Below, piece by piece: positions 19,401 to 29,142 of a DNA stretch of 64,000 bases. The DNA lies in the IMG/VR virus record IMGVR_UViG_3300032116_013561; one strand, 5' to 3'. The notes below the pieces were generated by a model. The model was not told where the DNA came from, did not search any database, and saw nothing but the letters and a program-made list of their open reading frames with translations. This DNA comes from an uncultured virus (IMG/VR IMGVR_UViG_3300032116_013561). Its lineage: Duplodnaviria > Heunggongvirae > Uroviricota > Caudoviricetes. The translations under genes were made by a program, and so were the position numbers. How positions within the stretch are numbered: position 1 is the stretch's first letter; each line of letters opens with the position of its first letter.

Positions 19401-21631
19401 ACATTTATTTTTGTTGTATCAATACCTATTTTTGAAATGTAATTATTAAGTAATTGAGTTGATGTTGCAGAACCAGAAGCTAGTAAATCATCAAATACTT
19501 TATATCCGATTCCATTATCAGCTTCTAAACTAAAATTAGGACCTTTTAATGGTGTACAATATTCTTTAAGTTCAGGAATTAAAGTAACTGTTTCAATGAT
19601 TGGATTTGATTGTGGTTTAGTAATCCATACTAATTGATTTTCCTGAACGCTTGTTGGTAGCGATTCGTATAATTTTACAATTACAGTTTCTTCACTACCA
19701 GTCCATGTTGTAATTACTTTATTATCACCACTTCCAAAATGCAAAAGATGAGTTAAATACTTAGATGAATCATCATCAGGATTTATACTATCAATTTGTT
19801 TTTTGAATCCTTCCGCTATTCTATTAAGTGCAACTACTCTTGGTATAGTTAGTTGGTTTTTTATAAATTTAATAGAAATAATTTCTTCTTTGCCAATTAC
19901 AACCTCTTTACCACTAATATTATAAGGAACTAATTTTAGTTGAAAAGAAATAAATTCATCATCTTCTGAATAATTTCCGTTTAATTGTTCTAATATCTTT
20001 TGAACATTCAGAGTATATGTACTTGTAGCTCCTATTTGAACATAAGATTGTCCTGAATATATTCTAACATAATCTGCGCTTACCGATTCCCAAGATATTT
20101 GAAAATTTACATTAGTTCCAACATAATCAGGTCCTCTTAATTCAGAAGGATATTTAATATTTCTAATATCAGGAACTCCAACAAATACATCATCTACAAC
20201 CCTATAATTTACGTTTATAGGTTCTCCATCACCTTCAGAATTTGATGGTACTAAAACAATTCTATAAACACCTATTGTAGTAATTGCTCTAGCAGGTATT
20301 GTTATTCCTATTGGTGCTCTCCTAACAAATATAGATTCCGATGGAGAAATGTTATATTGTTCTAAATCAGAAAATTCAAATTTTTGTTCATTTACATAAA
20401 CAGTAATTTTTTCAAGACCTTGTCCAACATTTATTACTCCTATTGGAATATCTGCTTTGGTATTAATATTATAAATTCTATCTACATCAGAATTTGCTAA
20501 TTCAATTTTAGGAATTGGTTTTGTTAATAAAGTAACATCAGCGGTTGTTATTATTAAATTATAATTTCTATCTAAAATAAGTTGTCCGCTAACACTTTCT
20601 TCTACCCTTCTAAATCCAGCTACTTCTGAAGAAACTTCGCTTATTAAAGTTTCTCTACCTTCAGCGCTTGTTTCAATTCTAGTAATTCTATACTTTTCTA
20701 AATCAGATGATGCGATTGAAAAAGTTTCTCCAGAAGTTCCTGTTAATGTATTTAATCCTTGTTTTAATGTAATACTTGTTTGAGAATTTTGTATTACATT
20801 TACTTTATCATCCGAATCTACTGTTATAGTAATTGTATAAGTATCTTCTATTGGTTGAATATCTCTAGGAGGTTTTGTTACTAAATTAAAATTAAGATTA
20901 ATTATTTGTTCATTGGCATCATAAATAAAATCTTGCCTTACATCAAAATTATAATATGTAATTCTATATTTGTAAGGTTTTACGTTTCCGTATGTAAAAG
21001 TTGAATATTGAAATTGTACACCGCCAACAAATTGCTGTCTTCCAATATTTTGTGCATTAAAAGAATTAAAACTTTCTGGTTGCCCTGTTATTGGATTAAA
21101 ATTAGTATTAAAATTTTGATATCCATATAAACTACTTGCCGGGTCTACGTTTATATTTTGTACAATTGGTACAAAGTCTTGATTATTGATAACATCAATT
21201 ACATATTTATCGCCAGATACATACCCCTCTTTTTGAATTGTAATTTCTTTTCGTCCACCATCTGAAACCAAAACATCGCTTAATAAAAATGATGTTTGTT
21301 GTGGAGTTGTTTTATATGTATTTTCACCATTAATAAAAATAGCGGCTCCATTTTCATTTGATGTAATATTAAATAATTTACTATCATCTGAATTTATACC
21401 ACCCAAAATATTAGGAACAACCGGTGGTAATACATTAGCCGGTGGTTGTGTTCCTACCGGAGTAGATGCACCCCCACCGCCACCACCATAATTTATAAGC
21501 AATCCGCTATTAGGGTCATTAATACCACTAGAAATGCCAATTAAATTTTGTTGCATCCAAGTTGTATCAACATATCCACCCATATTTTGTGGTGTTGTAA
21601 AAATTCCTATATCTCCTGAGTATGCCGGCAT
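16430..21631 (-). CDS. Large baseplate wedge-type protein (1733 aa) with PEGA-like and LamG-like regions
   Basis: FLDMIGYHFDNIW and RRILNNLPYLLKHKGTARAMKAIMACYG wedge-like motifs; NITSNENGAAIFING...TTP PEGA-like; GYSGTIDEFRLW LamG-like. Confidence 0.65.
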   Translation of the reverse strand: MPAYSGDIGIFTTPQNMGGYVDTTWMQQNLIGISSGINDPNSGLLINYGGGGGGASTPVGTQPPANVLPPVVPNILGGINSDDSKLFNITSNENGAAIFINGENTYKTTPQQTSFLLSDVLVSDGGRKEITIQKEGYVSGDKYVIDVINNQDFVPIVQNINVDPASSLYGYQNFNTNFNPITGQPESFNSFNAQNIGRQQFVGGVQFQYSTFTYGNVKPYKYRITYYNFDVRQDFIYDANEQIINLNFNLVTKPPRDIQPIEDTYTITITVDSDDKVNVIQNSQTSITLKQGLNTLTGTSGETFSIASSDLEKYRITRIETSAEGRETLISEVSSEVAGFRRVEESVSGQLILDRNYNLIITTADVTLLTKPIPKIELANSDVDRIYNINTKADIPIGVINVGQGLEKITVYVNEQKFEFSDLEQYNISPSESIFVRRAPIGITIPARAITTIGVYRIVLVPSNSEGDGEPINVNYRVVDDVFVGVPDIRNIKYPSELRGPDYVGTNVNFQISWESVSADYVRIYSGQSYVQIGATSTYTLNVQKILEQLNGNYSEDDEFISFQLKLVPYNISGKEVVIGKEEIISIKFIKNQLTIPRVVALNRIAEGFKKQIDSINPDDDSSKYLTHLLHFGSGDNKVITTWTGSEETVIVKLYESLPTSVQENQLVWITKPQSNPIIETVTLIPELKEYCTPLKGPNFSLEADNGIGYKVFDDLLASGSATSTQLLNNYISKIGIDTTKINVDYISGSEYMFENFTNFSSAEERINNFIYKVQLIENYQDRYDVLANSNVSNSNWTSSVSVISEFTKNLDSINEIKRNFDGFENWLYTDTSSSLSYPKTAGVPKASTTNDVQLWYDLIIAEAQTYDKENPNYLVNNIPQYLTEDYENKDFITFLDMIGYHFDNIWTAINGLNKNRDLQHSPTKGMMNQMVYHMLESFGWEGRRAFDSQFLWEYALGKNKDGSQKYSMPLYKANEEVWRRILNNLPYLLKHKGTARAMKAIMACYGVPQSMLTIMEFGGPQNPAENATTEFTFDDRTAAILLNQTSSIRVPWHVTPTTSEYPTTIEFRFKPSEIVSKATLISGSEWTLDLVQTTGSFGKLEFNFGGNDALQPYFATSGPNTPYIVSTITYAYGPDLKTGSLDFPISTEYYSNVAINRYNYAGTGSLFEVWLNTTDGKRITTSVSMSILYNDNQWETGSNILIGGDGYSGTIDEFRLWKVPLERSKFDNHSKFPDAINGNSYTASTSDLLYRLDFEYPKDRTSDVNIKNVAINTEYGETYAYAQNFYSASSYPFQYEPYDRTVTANVPSLGFTYGNKIRFEDVELVSDLSYKVRATKKSFDRAPIDSSRLGLFFSPIKELNMDILKTFGDFNIDNYIGDPSDEYKENYKSLEELREYYFERLDRNIYEYIQLVRYIDKSLFDVLADLAPARAKISKGLLIEPHFLERSKVRWDKPVSERNDYETSINIDNNNEIEFSYESKDALLMVSDETKLDFELSNWDSEINVKDATLLETETPFYDSTIEYNTEEFLEASVPMYNVEIQAPTGETLTGFYDSFDFQQIGMDRNSLSNIGFGLFGVGGKTKITYFDEVFGNTTSSIQNVYITKNQFTYKVPTQVAGYPVNGAQPGDQVIYEDVSNTGFEYKVSIVPLTISVSTGGDIIESNVLNGYLPSHYRFTNNLGEGLQRSYFKGSQQTSATTPDGLPAVETFTTNPNILRVAKTGRGSGEPILEVD

Positions 21632-21635
21632 TTTT

Positions 21636-22949
21636 TTATTTTATATTATTTCTTGTTTTTCTACTACCCAATATACGTTCTTTACCTAACCCCGTACCCA
21701 AATCACCATATCCAAATTGTCCTTCTGTACCATCAAATGTAACGCCGCCTCCGCCACCACCGCCCGTTGATACCACATCTTTAACTATTGTATCACTTGA
21801 TTTTGGTGGTAATACATCACCATCTGGAGTGACGAATATTGGTGGTGGTGGTGGTAATTCTATTATACCAAATATTGGTTTATCTACTGGGTCTATAACA
21901 ATTGGTGGTAATTCTATTTTCTTTTTTTCAATTAAAACTAATTCTTTATCAGTTATTACTGCTTTTTGTCTTGTTGCTGTTCTTATCACAGGATTTTTTG
22001 TATCAACAGATATATCAGACTCCGTTCTTTGTAAAACTTGTCCTACAATATCTAAACTTTCATCTGTTACTAATTGTTCTTCATTTGCCAATCTAACAAC
22101 AGGAGTTGATAAATAATAATCAATTGCTTTTATGACTAAATTAAAACAAAGTCCTTTAATTGTACTTTTTGATAATTCAATAAGAGGTTTAGTACCTTTT
22201 GGTTTTCCATAATTTAAGTCCTTAACATCTGATATTCTATTTGTAAATTCATATAATGCCGATTCTACAAATTTTTTGTGTACATTTGTACAAAATAAAT
22301 CAAAATTTTGAATATTAAATTCTGATTTTAATTTATTATACCAATCTTCTGAATATTTTTCTTTTATAAAAGATGATATTAGTGATGGATTAATTTCTTC
22401 TATTAAATTTATAGCATATGCAATTGTATCTTCTCTAAATTCGCCATCTCTCATAAAAACACCATATCTTTCAAACAAATCAGTACCCAAAGTTTCAGGT
22501 CTTCTTAATGGTAATAATCTTACTTCTGTTCTTGATGGTGATATTTCTGAAATCCAAAGTTTATCATATTTTTTATTACTTCCAACTCTGTGATTTAATA
22601 AAGTAATTTGTACTTTGAATATTCCATTATCATACCCACCCTCTTTGATAATTCTTTCAATATCTATAAAATATTCTTTTGGAAAATTATACATTTGAAA
22701 TATAGTACCATCTGCAATCAAAAAATAATCTCTTATATTTTCTGTTGTCATTGGTATATACCTTGCTAAACCAAAAGTAGATTGCGGTAATTGATTATCA
22801 TTTACATCGTAAACTAAAACTTCGATAGCATCATTATCACTAAATCCAAAGAAAGTTTGCAAATCTCCTCTTTCAAAGATTTCTCTATCTCTGCTTTCTA
22901 TTCTATACCCTTTAGTTTCTATAATATCTTTGAATGATTGTATTGCCAT
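21636..22949 (-). CDS. Putative virion structural protein
   Basis: Within the baseplate operon; WISEISPSRTEVRL; Pro/Gly-rich tail. Confidence 0.5.
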   Translation of the reverse strand: MAIQSFKDIIETKGYRIESRDREIFERGDLQTFFGFSDNDAIEVLVYDVNDNQLPQSTFGLARYIPMTTENIRDYFLIADGTIFQMYNFPKEYFIDIERIIKEGGYDNGIFKVQITLLNHRVGSNKKYDKLWISEISPSRTEVRLLPLRRPETLGTDLFERYGVFMRDGEFREDTIAYAINLIEEINPSLISSFIKEKYSEDWYNKLKSEFNIQNFDLFCTNVHKKFVESALYEFTNRISDVKDLNYGKPKGTKPLIELSKSTIKGLCFNLVIKAIDYYLSTPVVRLANEEQLVTDESLDIVGQVLQRTESDISVDTKNPVIRTATRQKAVITDKELVLIEKKKIELPPIVIDPVDKPIFGIIELPPPPPIFVTPDGDVLPPKSSDTIVKDVVSTGGGGGGGVTFDGTEGQFGYGDLGTGLGKERILGSRKTRNNIK

Positions 22950-22955
22950 AATTTA

Positions 22956-23969
22956 TTATCCCCATTTATCACCTCTCATCTTTTGAATCGAAGTTGTGAA
23001 AGTTATACTACCTTTTGGTGATTTTATTATAAGTGTGCCTGTATATTCTTTATCTCCAACAAGCCCCACACCTGCTTTTGGTGCGAAACTATCAACTTCT
23101 CTAGTTATCATATCAACTTTAATTACCTTTTCCTCACCACCAGCTAAATCTAAGTTTGGTATGTTTGCAAATCCTTTAGCATTATTTCCTTCAAATTTGA
23201 ATGATATAGTAGCTTTATCTTTAGTAAAGTTTTTAATTTGAATATCAGGTCCATTTATAAAAGAACCCCTTCCATCATCTTTAGCTCTACCTCTGAATGT
23301 TATCTCATTATACTTTTCATCACCTTTAGTAAGTACTTTAGCTGCTATATCATCTGTTACCTTTGCACCTTCTGCTTGTTTAGCTTGCTTACCAAATAAT
23401 TGGTCTCTAAGAACATCATTTTGCTCTTTTAACGATTGATTTCTTGCAAATAAAGAAACTCTTTGAATAGCTTCTGCAGTTCCTTTTTGAATTGCATTTT
23501 GTAATTCTACAATTGTTGATTGAATTTTAGATGTTGTTTGTGTTGTTTGATTTTGTGCAGATGCAGCTAATAAAGATTGATTATCAACATCTACTCTTAA
23601 ACTTTGACTTATAATTTCTAATTCTTTTACCTTTGCGCTTAAATCTAAAATAGTTCCGTTCAATACTGTTATTTCTACATTCAAATCAATAATAGATTGT
23701 GTAGCTATATTATAAATTGAACGAAGGACCATATCTGGTAATTCAGGAGGTCTTATAGGTATTAATTCAACAATATTTGTATCAATTGATTTTATTAATT
23801 CTGCTGTATCGTATTTTGGTTTTACAAGTTTAGCAGAAGTTACGCCATCTTTTTTATCATTTTCTTCAAAGTAATGAATGCCCGCAGCCGTCTTTGGTTT
23901 GATTCCTAAAGAACCACTTACCAAAATTTTTCCAACTAATTCTTCGTTTTTTAATCCGGCTTTTATCAT
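22956..23969 (-). CDS. Coiled-coil virion protein with C-terminal Ig-like domain
   Basis: Heptad-rich middle and beta-rich C-terminus (EYTGTLIIKS); baseplate operon. Confidence 0.45.
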   Translation of the reverse strand: MIKAGLKNEELVGKILVSGSLGIKPKTAAGIHYFEENDKKDGVTSAKLVKPKYDTAELIKSIDTNIVELIPIRPPELPDMVLRSIYNIATQSIIDLNVEITVLNGTILDLSAKVKELEIISQSLRVDVDNQSLLAASAQNQTTQTTSKIQSTIVELQNAIQKGTAEAIQRVSLFARNQSLKEQNDVLRDQLFGKQAKQAEGAKVTDDIAAKVLTKGDEKYNEITFRGRAKDDGRGSFINGPDIQIKNFTKDKATISFKFEGNNAKGFANIPNLDLAGGEEKVIKVDMITREVDSFAPKAGVGLVGDKEYTGTLIIKSPKGSITFTTSIQKMRGDKWG

Positions 23970-23970
23970 A

Positions 23971-25056
23971 TTAGTTAGTAATACTAAAAGTTATATCATT
24001 ATCAAAATACTCTGTGTAACCATTTATTTCTATCTTAAATTCAATTTTATAAATTCTGTTTGACTCCCAGTTTTTGAAATCCAATTTTACAAAGTTACCA
24101 TTACTATCACAACTAACTTTAGAATATTCACCAAATGGAATTATAATATCATTTGAATTTAAGTCTCTAATTTGATAATAAGTAGTTTTTGGTAAGTATT
24201 TAGTTACCCCATATGCAAATTCATTAGTAAATGTCTTTACAGGGTATAAATCTCTTGCAAAAATTCTTAATTTAGGTTGAGTATTTAGTCCATATTCTTT
24301 TTTCAAATTACTAATTCCTATTTTTACACTTTCGGCAGAAACGCTTGATAAAGAACCTGTTTCAAATGTTTGGTCATCCCAACCAATTCTAATTTTAGGT
24401 TGGTGAATTGTATTTGTTTCTTTACTAAAAAGTTTTACAATACCATAATCTTTTGTATCATTTTCTGCTTGAGCAGAGTATCTTAAAATTAAACCATCGT
24501 TTGGTATAGAACCACTTACCCAAGACTGAACCATTGGTTTTATATTCATAGCTATATCAGCTGTAGAATAAGAGAAAGTTTGATTTGATGAATAATTTGT
24601 GTACCATGTACCACCAATACCCAAATAAGAACCAGTTGAACCTGCTGCAAAATTTGGAATTATACCATCTGTTGTTGTATCTCCTAACCATCTACTTTTA
24701 CTATCACCTTCCCTATATTTCCAAGTTACACCGCCTGTTGAAATATCATCAAAACGAGTTCCTATACCCATTTGCCAACTTCCTGATATTGGATTTGCAT
24801 AAATTGTATATTCTAAAGGAATTTCTTCACTTTCGGTTTCTCTCATTACAAGAGTCACTTCATCTAATTTAGTATTAGAATTTGAAATAGATTGAGATAA
24901 ATAAGTTGTATCAAATTTTATTAATACTCTTGAAGTATCTTTAACACTACCATAATATACTTTACTTATTTCTAATATTTCATCCAAACCAGTATTTTGG
25001 TCAGGTTGTTGTAAATAAATTGTTGCATCTTTTGATGCTGTTAAAAATTGATACAT
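23971..25056 (-). CDS. Virion protein with DNRLRE-like domain
   Basis: ASKDATIY...NTGLDEILEI...RVLIKFD...VQSWVSGSIPNDGLILR...PKIRI pattern. Confidence 0.5.
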   Translation of the reverse strand: MYQFLTASKDATIYLQQPDQNTGLDEILEISKVYYGSVKDTSRVLIKFDTTYLSQSISNSNTKLDEVTLVMRETESEEIPLEYTIYANPISGSWQMGIGTRFDDISTGGVTWKYREGDSKSRWLGDTTTDGIIPNFAAGSTGSYLGIGGTWYTNYSSNQTFSYSTADIAMNIKPMVQSWVSGSIPNDGLILRYSAQAENDTKDYGIVKLFSKETNTIHQPKIRIGWDDQTFETGSLSSVSAESVKIGISNLKKEYGLNTQPKLRIFARDLYPVKTFTNEFAYGVTKYLPKTTYYQIRDLNSNDIIIPFGEYSKVSCDSNGNFVKLDFKNWESNRIYKIEFKIEINGYTEYFDNDITFSITN

Positions 25057-25057
25057 A

Positions 25058-27094
25058 TTATCTTACCCTCCCTTTAATATCCGCATCAGGATATTTTAAT
25101 TCAAAAATTGATGGGTCTAAAGATGGATATATAATTTTACCTTTAGTTGCCGCTTGAATATTATATGAATTTGATGAATAACCTTCATTACATTTATTAA
25201 TTATTTCTAACATTGGTACTGAAGATACTCCCTCTACATTTGAAATTAATAATTCAACTTCACTTAAATTTATTGTTTGGTTGAATGTCCAATTTTCTAT
25301 ATTAAAATATGATTTTAATTCATTTATACAATTTGTTAAAACTTCACTTTTGTTATAGTTTTTATATACTAAAATTTCAAAATTAATTCCAATATTAATA
25401 ATAAATCCATCAATCATATTAACACCATCAGTTAAAATTCTATATTCATTCAAATATGTTTTTAAGTTTTCTTTAACACCTCTATTAATTTGTGTTAGTT
25501 TTCCATTATTATCATATCCTAACAAATATAAATTTATAGCAAATGGATTATTTTTTTCATTTTCATTTGATGTTTTACCAATTAAATAATTTCTTATTTC
25601 GTTTTGTATTGCTTCTTTACTTAATTCTTCAGAATCGGGCTTTGAAACAAAAGACATAACCAAATCGGTAAATTCTTGCAATGCGTTTGGTGATGCTAAA
25701 ATTGATGATGGTGAATTATTATCTAATGTTCCATCAGCTGTAGCAAATGCTTTTGCAATAGAACCAAATTTTGCAGGCATAGATAAAGCTCTTATTTGAT
25801 AATCTTTTGCAGTTACTGCTCTGTTTTGTGCTCCAAAATTTGCTAATGCATTTTGTCTTATTTCTTCAACAGTCTCACCACCTCTACCACCAACAGCAGC
25901 CATATCATTATCAACTGCTACAGAATTTACTATGTTGTTATATATAGCAGTTTCAGTAGCATTAAATGATGTTGTATCTGATTCAAATTCTGTAGCTCCT
26001 AAACGAATTAAAGTGTTTTTTGGTACATTTGATTCAACACCGCCACCAACTAAATATTTTACAGTTATAGTTGTATTTGATGGAGATGTACCATATGTTT
26101 TTGTTTTTAGGAAATTAGTTGGGTCAAATGATTCTTCTAATCTATTAATTGAGTTAGGTAATCCCAATCCAACATTTTTAAGGTTTGGTATTAATATTTC
26201 ATCATATGCACTAGGGTCACCTGCACCAAATTGGATTGTAGTTGTACTATTGGAATTTATTTTAGTTACAAATCTTTTTGGAGTTTTTATATTTTTTAAT
26301 ATGTAAGGTACTGTTGATTTGAATTGGTATAAATCAGGATCATTTATTTCATTATTAGGCTGTTGTGTGAAAACCATCTCTTGTGCCAAATATGGAACTT
26401 CATACCATTTGTTACCATCACTATCTCTTACATCAACAATTTCAATTACATTTGTTTCAGGTAAATCAATAGTTTGAAATGGTTGATATGTACCAAATGT
26501 AAAAGTATTTTCAACAACCGTTGCTGATATTGCCTGAACATATTTTTTTATTAAATAATAAGTAGGTTCTCCAGTATTTCCATCAGTTTGATAAACTATT
26601 ACTTCTCTATCAGTTTCATCATTAAAATCAACAACATCAGTAGTTCTAAATATAACGTCTGTAATCAATGTATTTACTTGCATGCCCTCTTTTATTTTTA
26701 ACAAATACTTTGGGTCTGGTTTATTATTAGTACCAATTCCTATTGATGGTACTAACTGATAAACTGATAACGTTACAACCGCCGGTCCTGTAACTTTGGG
26801 TTTATATCCAAGATATTGTGATAATGCTAAAACATTTTTTGCATCTTCTGCATAAACCATCATTGATTCTTTAAGCGAATCATCAATATAATATGAAAGA
26901 ACATCTCCTAAATAAGATGCCATTTCAATAAACATCATACCAGGAGAAGCTTCGTTAAAATCAGAATACGTTTTTGGAAAATAAATTTTAGCAAATTCAA
27001 TTAAACTACCTCTAAAACTATCAAAGTCTTTATTGAGATATTTTATATCTTTTCCTTTATTCTTAAAAATTTTATTTGTTGTTTGAAGTGCCAT
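25058..27094 (-). CDS. Baseplate wedge subunit (T4 gp6 / baseplate J-like)
   Basis: KDFDSFRGSLIEFAK...YSDFNEASPGMMFIEMASYLGDVLSYYID; GGRGGETVEEIRQNALANFGAQNRAVTAKDY. Confidence 0.9.
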   Translation of the reverse strand: MALQTTNKIFKNKGKDIKYLNKDFDSFRGSLIEFAKIYFPKTYSDFNEASPGMMFIEMASYLGDVLSYYIDDSLKESMMVYAEDAKNVLALSQYLGYKPKVTGPAVVTLSVYQLVPSIGIGTNNKPDPKYLLKIKEGMQVNTLITDVIFRTTDVVDFNDETDREVIVYQTDGNTGEPTYYLIKKYVQAISATVVENTFTFGTYQPFQTIDLPETNVIEIVDVRDSDGNKWYEVPYLAQEMVFTQQPNNEINDPDLYQFKSTVPYILKNIKTPKRFVTKINSNSTTTIQFGAGDPSAYDEILIPNLKNVGLGLPNSINRLEESFDPTNFLKTKTYGTSPSNTTITVKYLVGGGVESNVPKNTLIRLGATEFESDTTSFNATETAIYNNIVNSVAVDNDMAAVGGRGGETVEEIRQNALANFGAQNRAVTAKDYQIRALSMPAKFGSIAKAFATADGTLDNNSPSSILASPNALQEFTDLVMSFVSKPDSEELSKEAIQNEIRNYLIGKTSNENEKNNPFAINLYLLGYDNNGKLTQINRGVKENLKTYLNEYRILTDGVNMIDGFIINIGINFEILVYKNYNKSEVLTNCINELKSYFNIENWTFNQTINLSEVELLISNVEGVSSVPMLEIINKCNEGYSSNSYNIQAATKGKIIYPSLDPSIFELKYPDADIKGRVR

Positions 27095-27110
27095 TTTTTA
27101 TTTTTATATT

Positions 27111-27533
27111 TTATACTGTAAATGTTACGGTCTCAAGTTCAGGATTATCTACTAAAGAAAATGTAAGAGATACATTTACTGTATTTGTATCTTTTAGTGT
27201 ATCATTTATATCTACAATTAAATCTTCAATAACAACATATGGTAGCCATTTAGTAATAGTTCTTTCTATTTCATTTTCAATTCTTGATTGAGTATCATCA
27301 TCTATTGGTTCAAATAAAAAATTTTCTAAACCAATACCAAACTCAGGTTGCATTACTCTTTCTCCTCTTTTGGTTAATAATAAATTTAATATATTTGAAC
27401 TAATTTGTTGTCTTGTTTGAAAAGATTGATTGAATGCTACGTTTGTAATTTGTATAGGCAAAGTGATACCTATCGCATAATCATTATACGTTTCGGTATC
27501 TTTAACTAACTTTTGACCTAATATTATAGCCAT
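27111..27533 (-). CDS. Baseplate wedge / sheath initiator (T4 gp25-like)
   Basis: NILNLLLTKRGERVMQPEFGIGLENFLFEP...ITKWLPYV. Confidence 0.92.
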   Translation of the reverse strand: MAIILGQKLVKDTETYNDYAIGITLPIQITNVAFNQSFQTRQQISSNILNLLLTKRGERVMQPEFGIGLENFLFEPIDDDTQSRIENEIERTITKWLPYVVIEDLIVDINDTLKDTNTVNVSLTFSLVDNPELETVTFTV

Positions 27534-28006
27534 TATTTCTTAAATCTTTTAACAAGTTCAGAATAATCTCTATTCAAAGCTTTATCTAATGTTTCATTAC
27601 CAGTTTGTACGCCCAATCCGCTTGGTTGAGGTCCTCTAGCTAAATCCCCATAACCCATTTTTTCTGCAATTGCAGTTCTACCAGCAATTGAACCCATATC
27701 AGACGTTCCAAAACTTACAGTTCTATATCCATTATCATTTGAAACAGCTTGTCTAGTTTCATTAAGGATTTGATTAATCATTGGATTTTTACTATATGTT
27801 TGCTGTTTAATTGTTTTAGGCTCATCTTCACCTAAAATAGCTTTAGCCATACTCAAACCTGTATTTTCTGGTTTTACAACCTTTCCCTCAGCCATAAGTT
27901 TCTTCATTTCGGCTTTAACCCCCTCTTTAATTAGGGCTGGTAATTGTTGTTTTACCTCTTCTTGAACTAGGATTTGGATAGCTTTCAAAAGTTTATCAGT
28001 ATTCAT
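27533..28006 (-). CDS. Hypothetical protein
   Basis: TAATG-coupled to the gp25-like gene; ATATTTAT motif at 28027-28034. Confidence 0.6.
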   Translation of the reverse strand: MNTDKLLKAIQILVQEEVKQQLPALIKEGVKAEMKKLMAEGKVVKPENTGLSMAKAILGEDEPKTIKQQTYSKNPMINQILNETRQAVSNDNGYRTVSFGTSDMGSIAGRTAIAEKMGYGDLARGPQPSGLGVQTGNETLDKALNRDYSELVKRFKK

Positions 28007-28066
28007 AGTTGTTTATTGTTATGTTTATAAATATTTAGATACATTATTTTTAAGGATTATTCTATT

Positions 28067-29137
28067 TTACTTACCTTCTGGTGTATAAGTAACATAATTA
28101 CCCCAATATTCCCAATGCCAATTTTCATCAGTACCACTACCATCACATAATCTATATGGATTATACCAACCATATTTTGGACCGTTATTAGATAACCACC
28201 TATATAATTTAGATGTTTCTCTAGCTGCTCTATTAATTGCACCATTTCCACTTCCACCAACTTCTCTATATAATTCTCCAAAATCTATTGCTCCACCCCA
28301 ACCATGAGGAGATGAACCAGCTTTTGCAATTGTACTACCACTTCCTAAACTTTGTTGATGTGCTAAATCTCTATAAGCTGATGTAATAGTCCAACCAATT
28401 TTATCCCTAATAGCCTGTTCTTTCATTTTGAAATATTGGCTAGCTGCTTCCGGATGTAATAAGTACCAACCACCAGATCCTTTGTATGTATATCTTGATT
28501 TTGCACCTTTTTCTATCCCAACCATTGCTTCCATAGGAATAAAAGCATTTTTATATTTTTGTCTAAAATCAGGTCCTCCGGGATATGCAGTTGCTCCAAC
28601 TTTTCCATAAATTTTAGGAGCTGGTCCTAATGGTGGTGTATTTCCAAAATTTGTATCATTATGTCCTGCTGTTTCTTTTACAACATATTGTTTTGGTTTG
28701 AACCTTGGTCTTGGTGTTGTTTGTTTAGTTGGAAAATCGCCAGGATTTTCAGAAATATTATAATCTGTATTTACATATGTAAACGTTACTTCTACTTCTT
28801 CATTTATTATTTGAGATTCCGCTGGTTCTTGTGCACCGGGTAAAGTTATTTCATCATTTCTTTCTTCATGTTCTTGTAATTCTTTTCCCTCAACAGGTGG
28901 AGTATCATCCGTTTCTGGTGTGTCTTGGTCTTCTGCTGTTCCTGCTTCTTGACTAGGTAATGGGCCTTCCACTCTATACCCTGTCCAATTTACAACTCCC
29001 GGTGCCGGTGGTGGTCCTGGTGGGTAAATTGCAGTTACATTTATTATACCACTTACACTTGTAAGATGTGATTGTGCATAATTTATGAAATCATCAACTA
29101 TTAGTCTTGTATTTTTTGTAGGGTCTATTATTGACAT
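28067..29137 (-). CDS. Virion-associated M15 (VanY-like) peptidoglycan peptidase
   Basis: ITSAYRD...AKAGSSPHGWGGAIDF...WLSNNGPKYGW...ENWHWEY (SxHxxGxAxD and ExWH zinc motifs). Confidence 0.85.
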   Translation of the reverse strand: MSIIDPTKNTRLIVDDFINYAQSHLTSVSGIINVTAIYPPGPPPAPGVVNWTGYRVEGPLPSQEAGTAEDQDTPETDDTPPVEGKELQEHEERNDEITLPGAQEPAESQIINEEVEVTFTYVNTDYNISENPGDFPTKQTTPRPRFKPKQYVVKETAGHNDTNFGNTPPLGPAPKIYGKVGATAYPGGPDFRQKYKNAFIPMEAMVGIEKGAKSRYTYKGSGGWYLLHPEAASQYFKMKEQAIRDKIGWTITSAYRDLAHQQSLGSGSTIAKAGSSPHGWGGAIDFGELYREVGGSGNGAINRAARETSKLYRWLSNNGPKYGWYNPYRLCDGSGTDENWHWEYWGNYVTYTPEGK

Positions 29138-29142
29138 AATTT

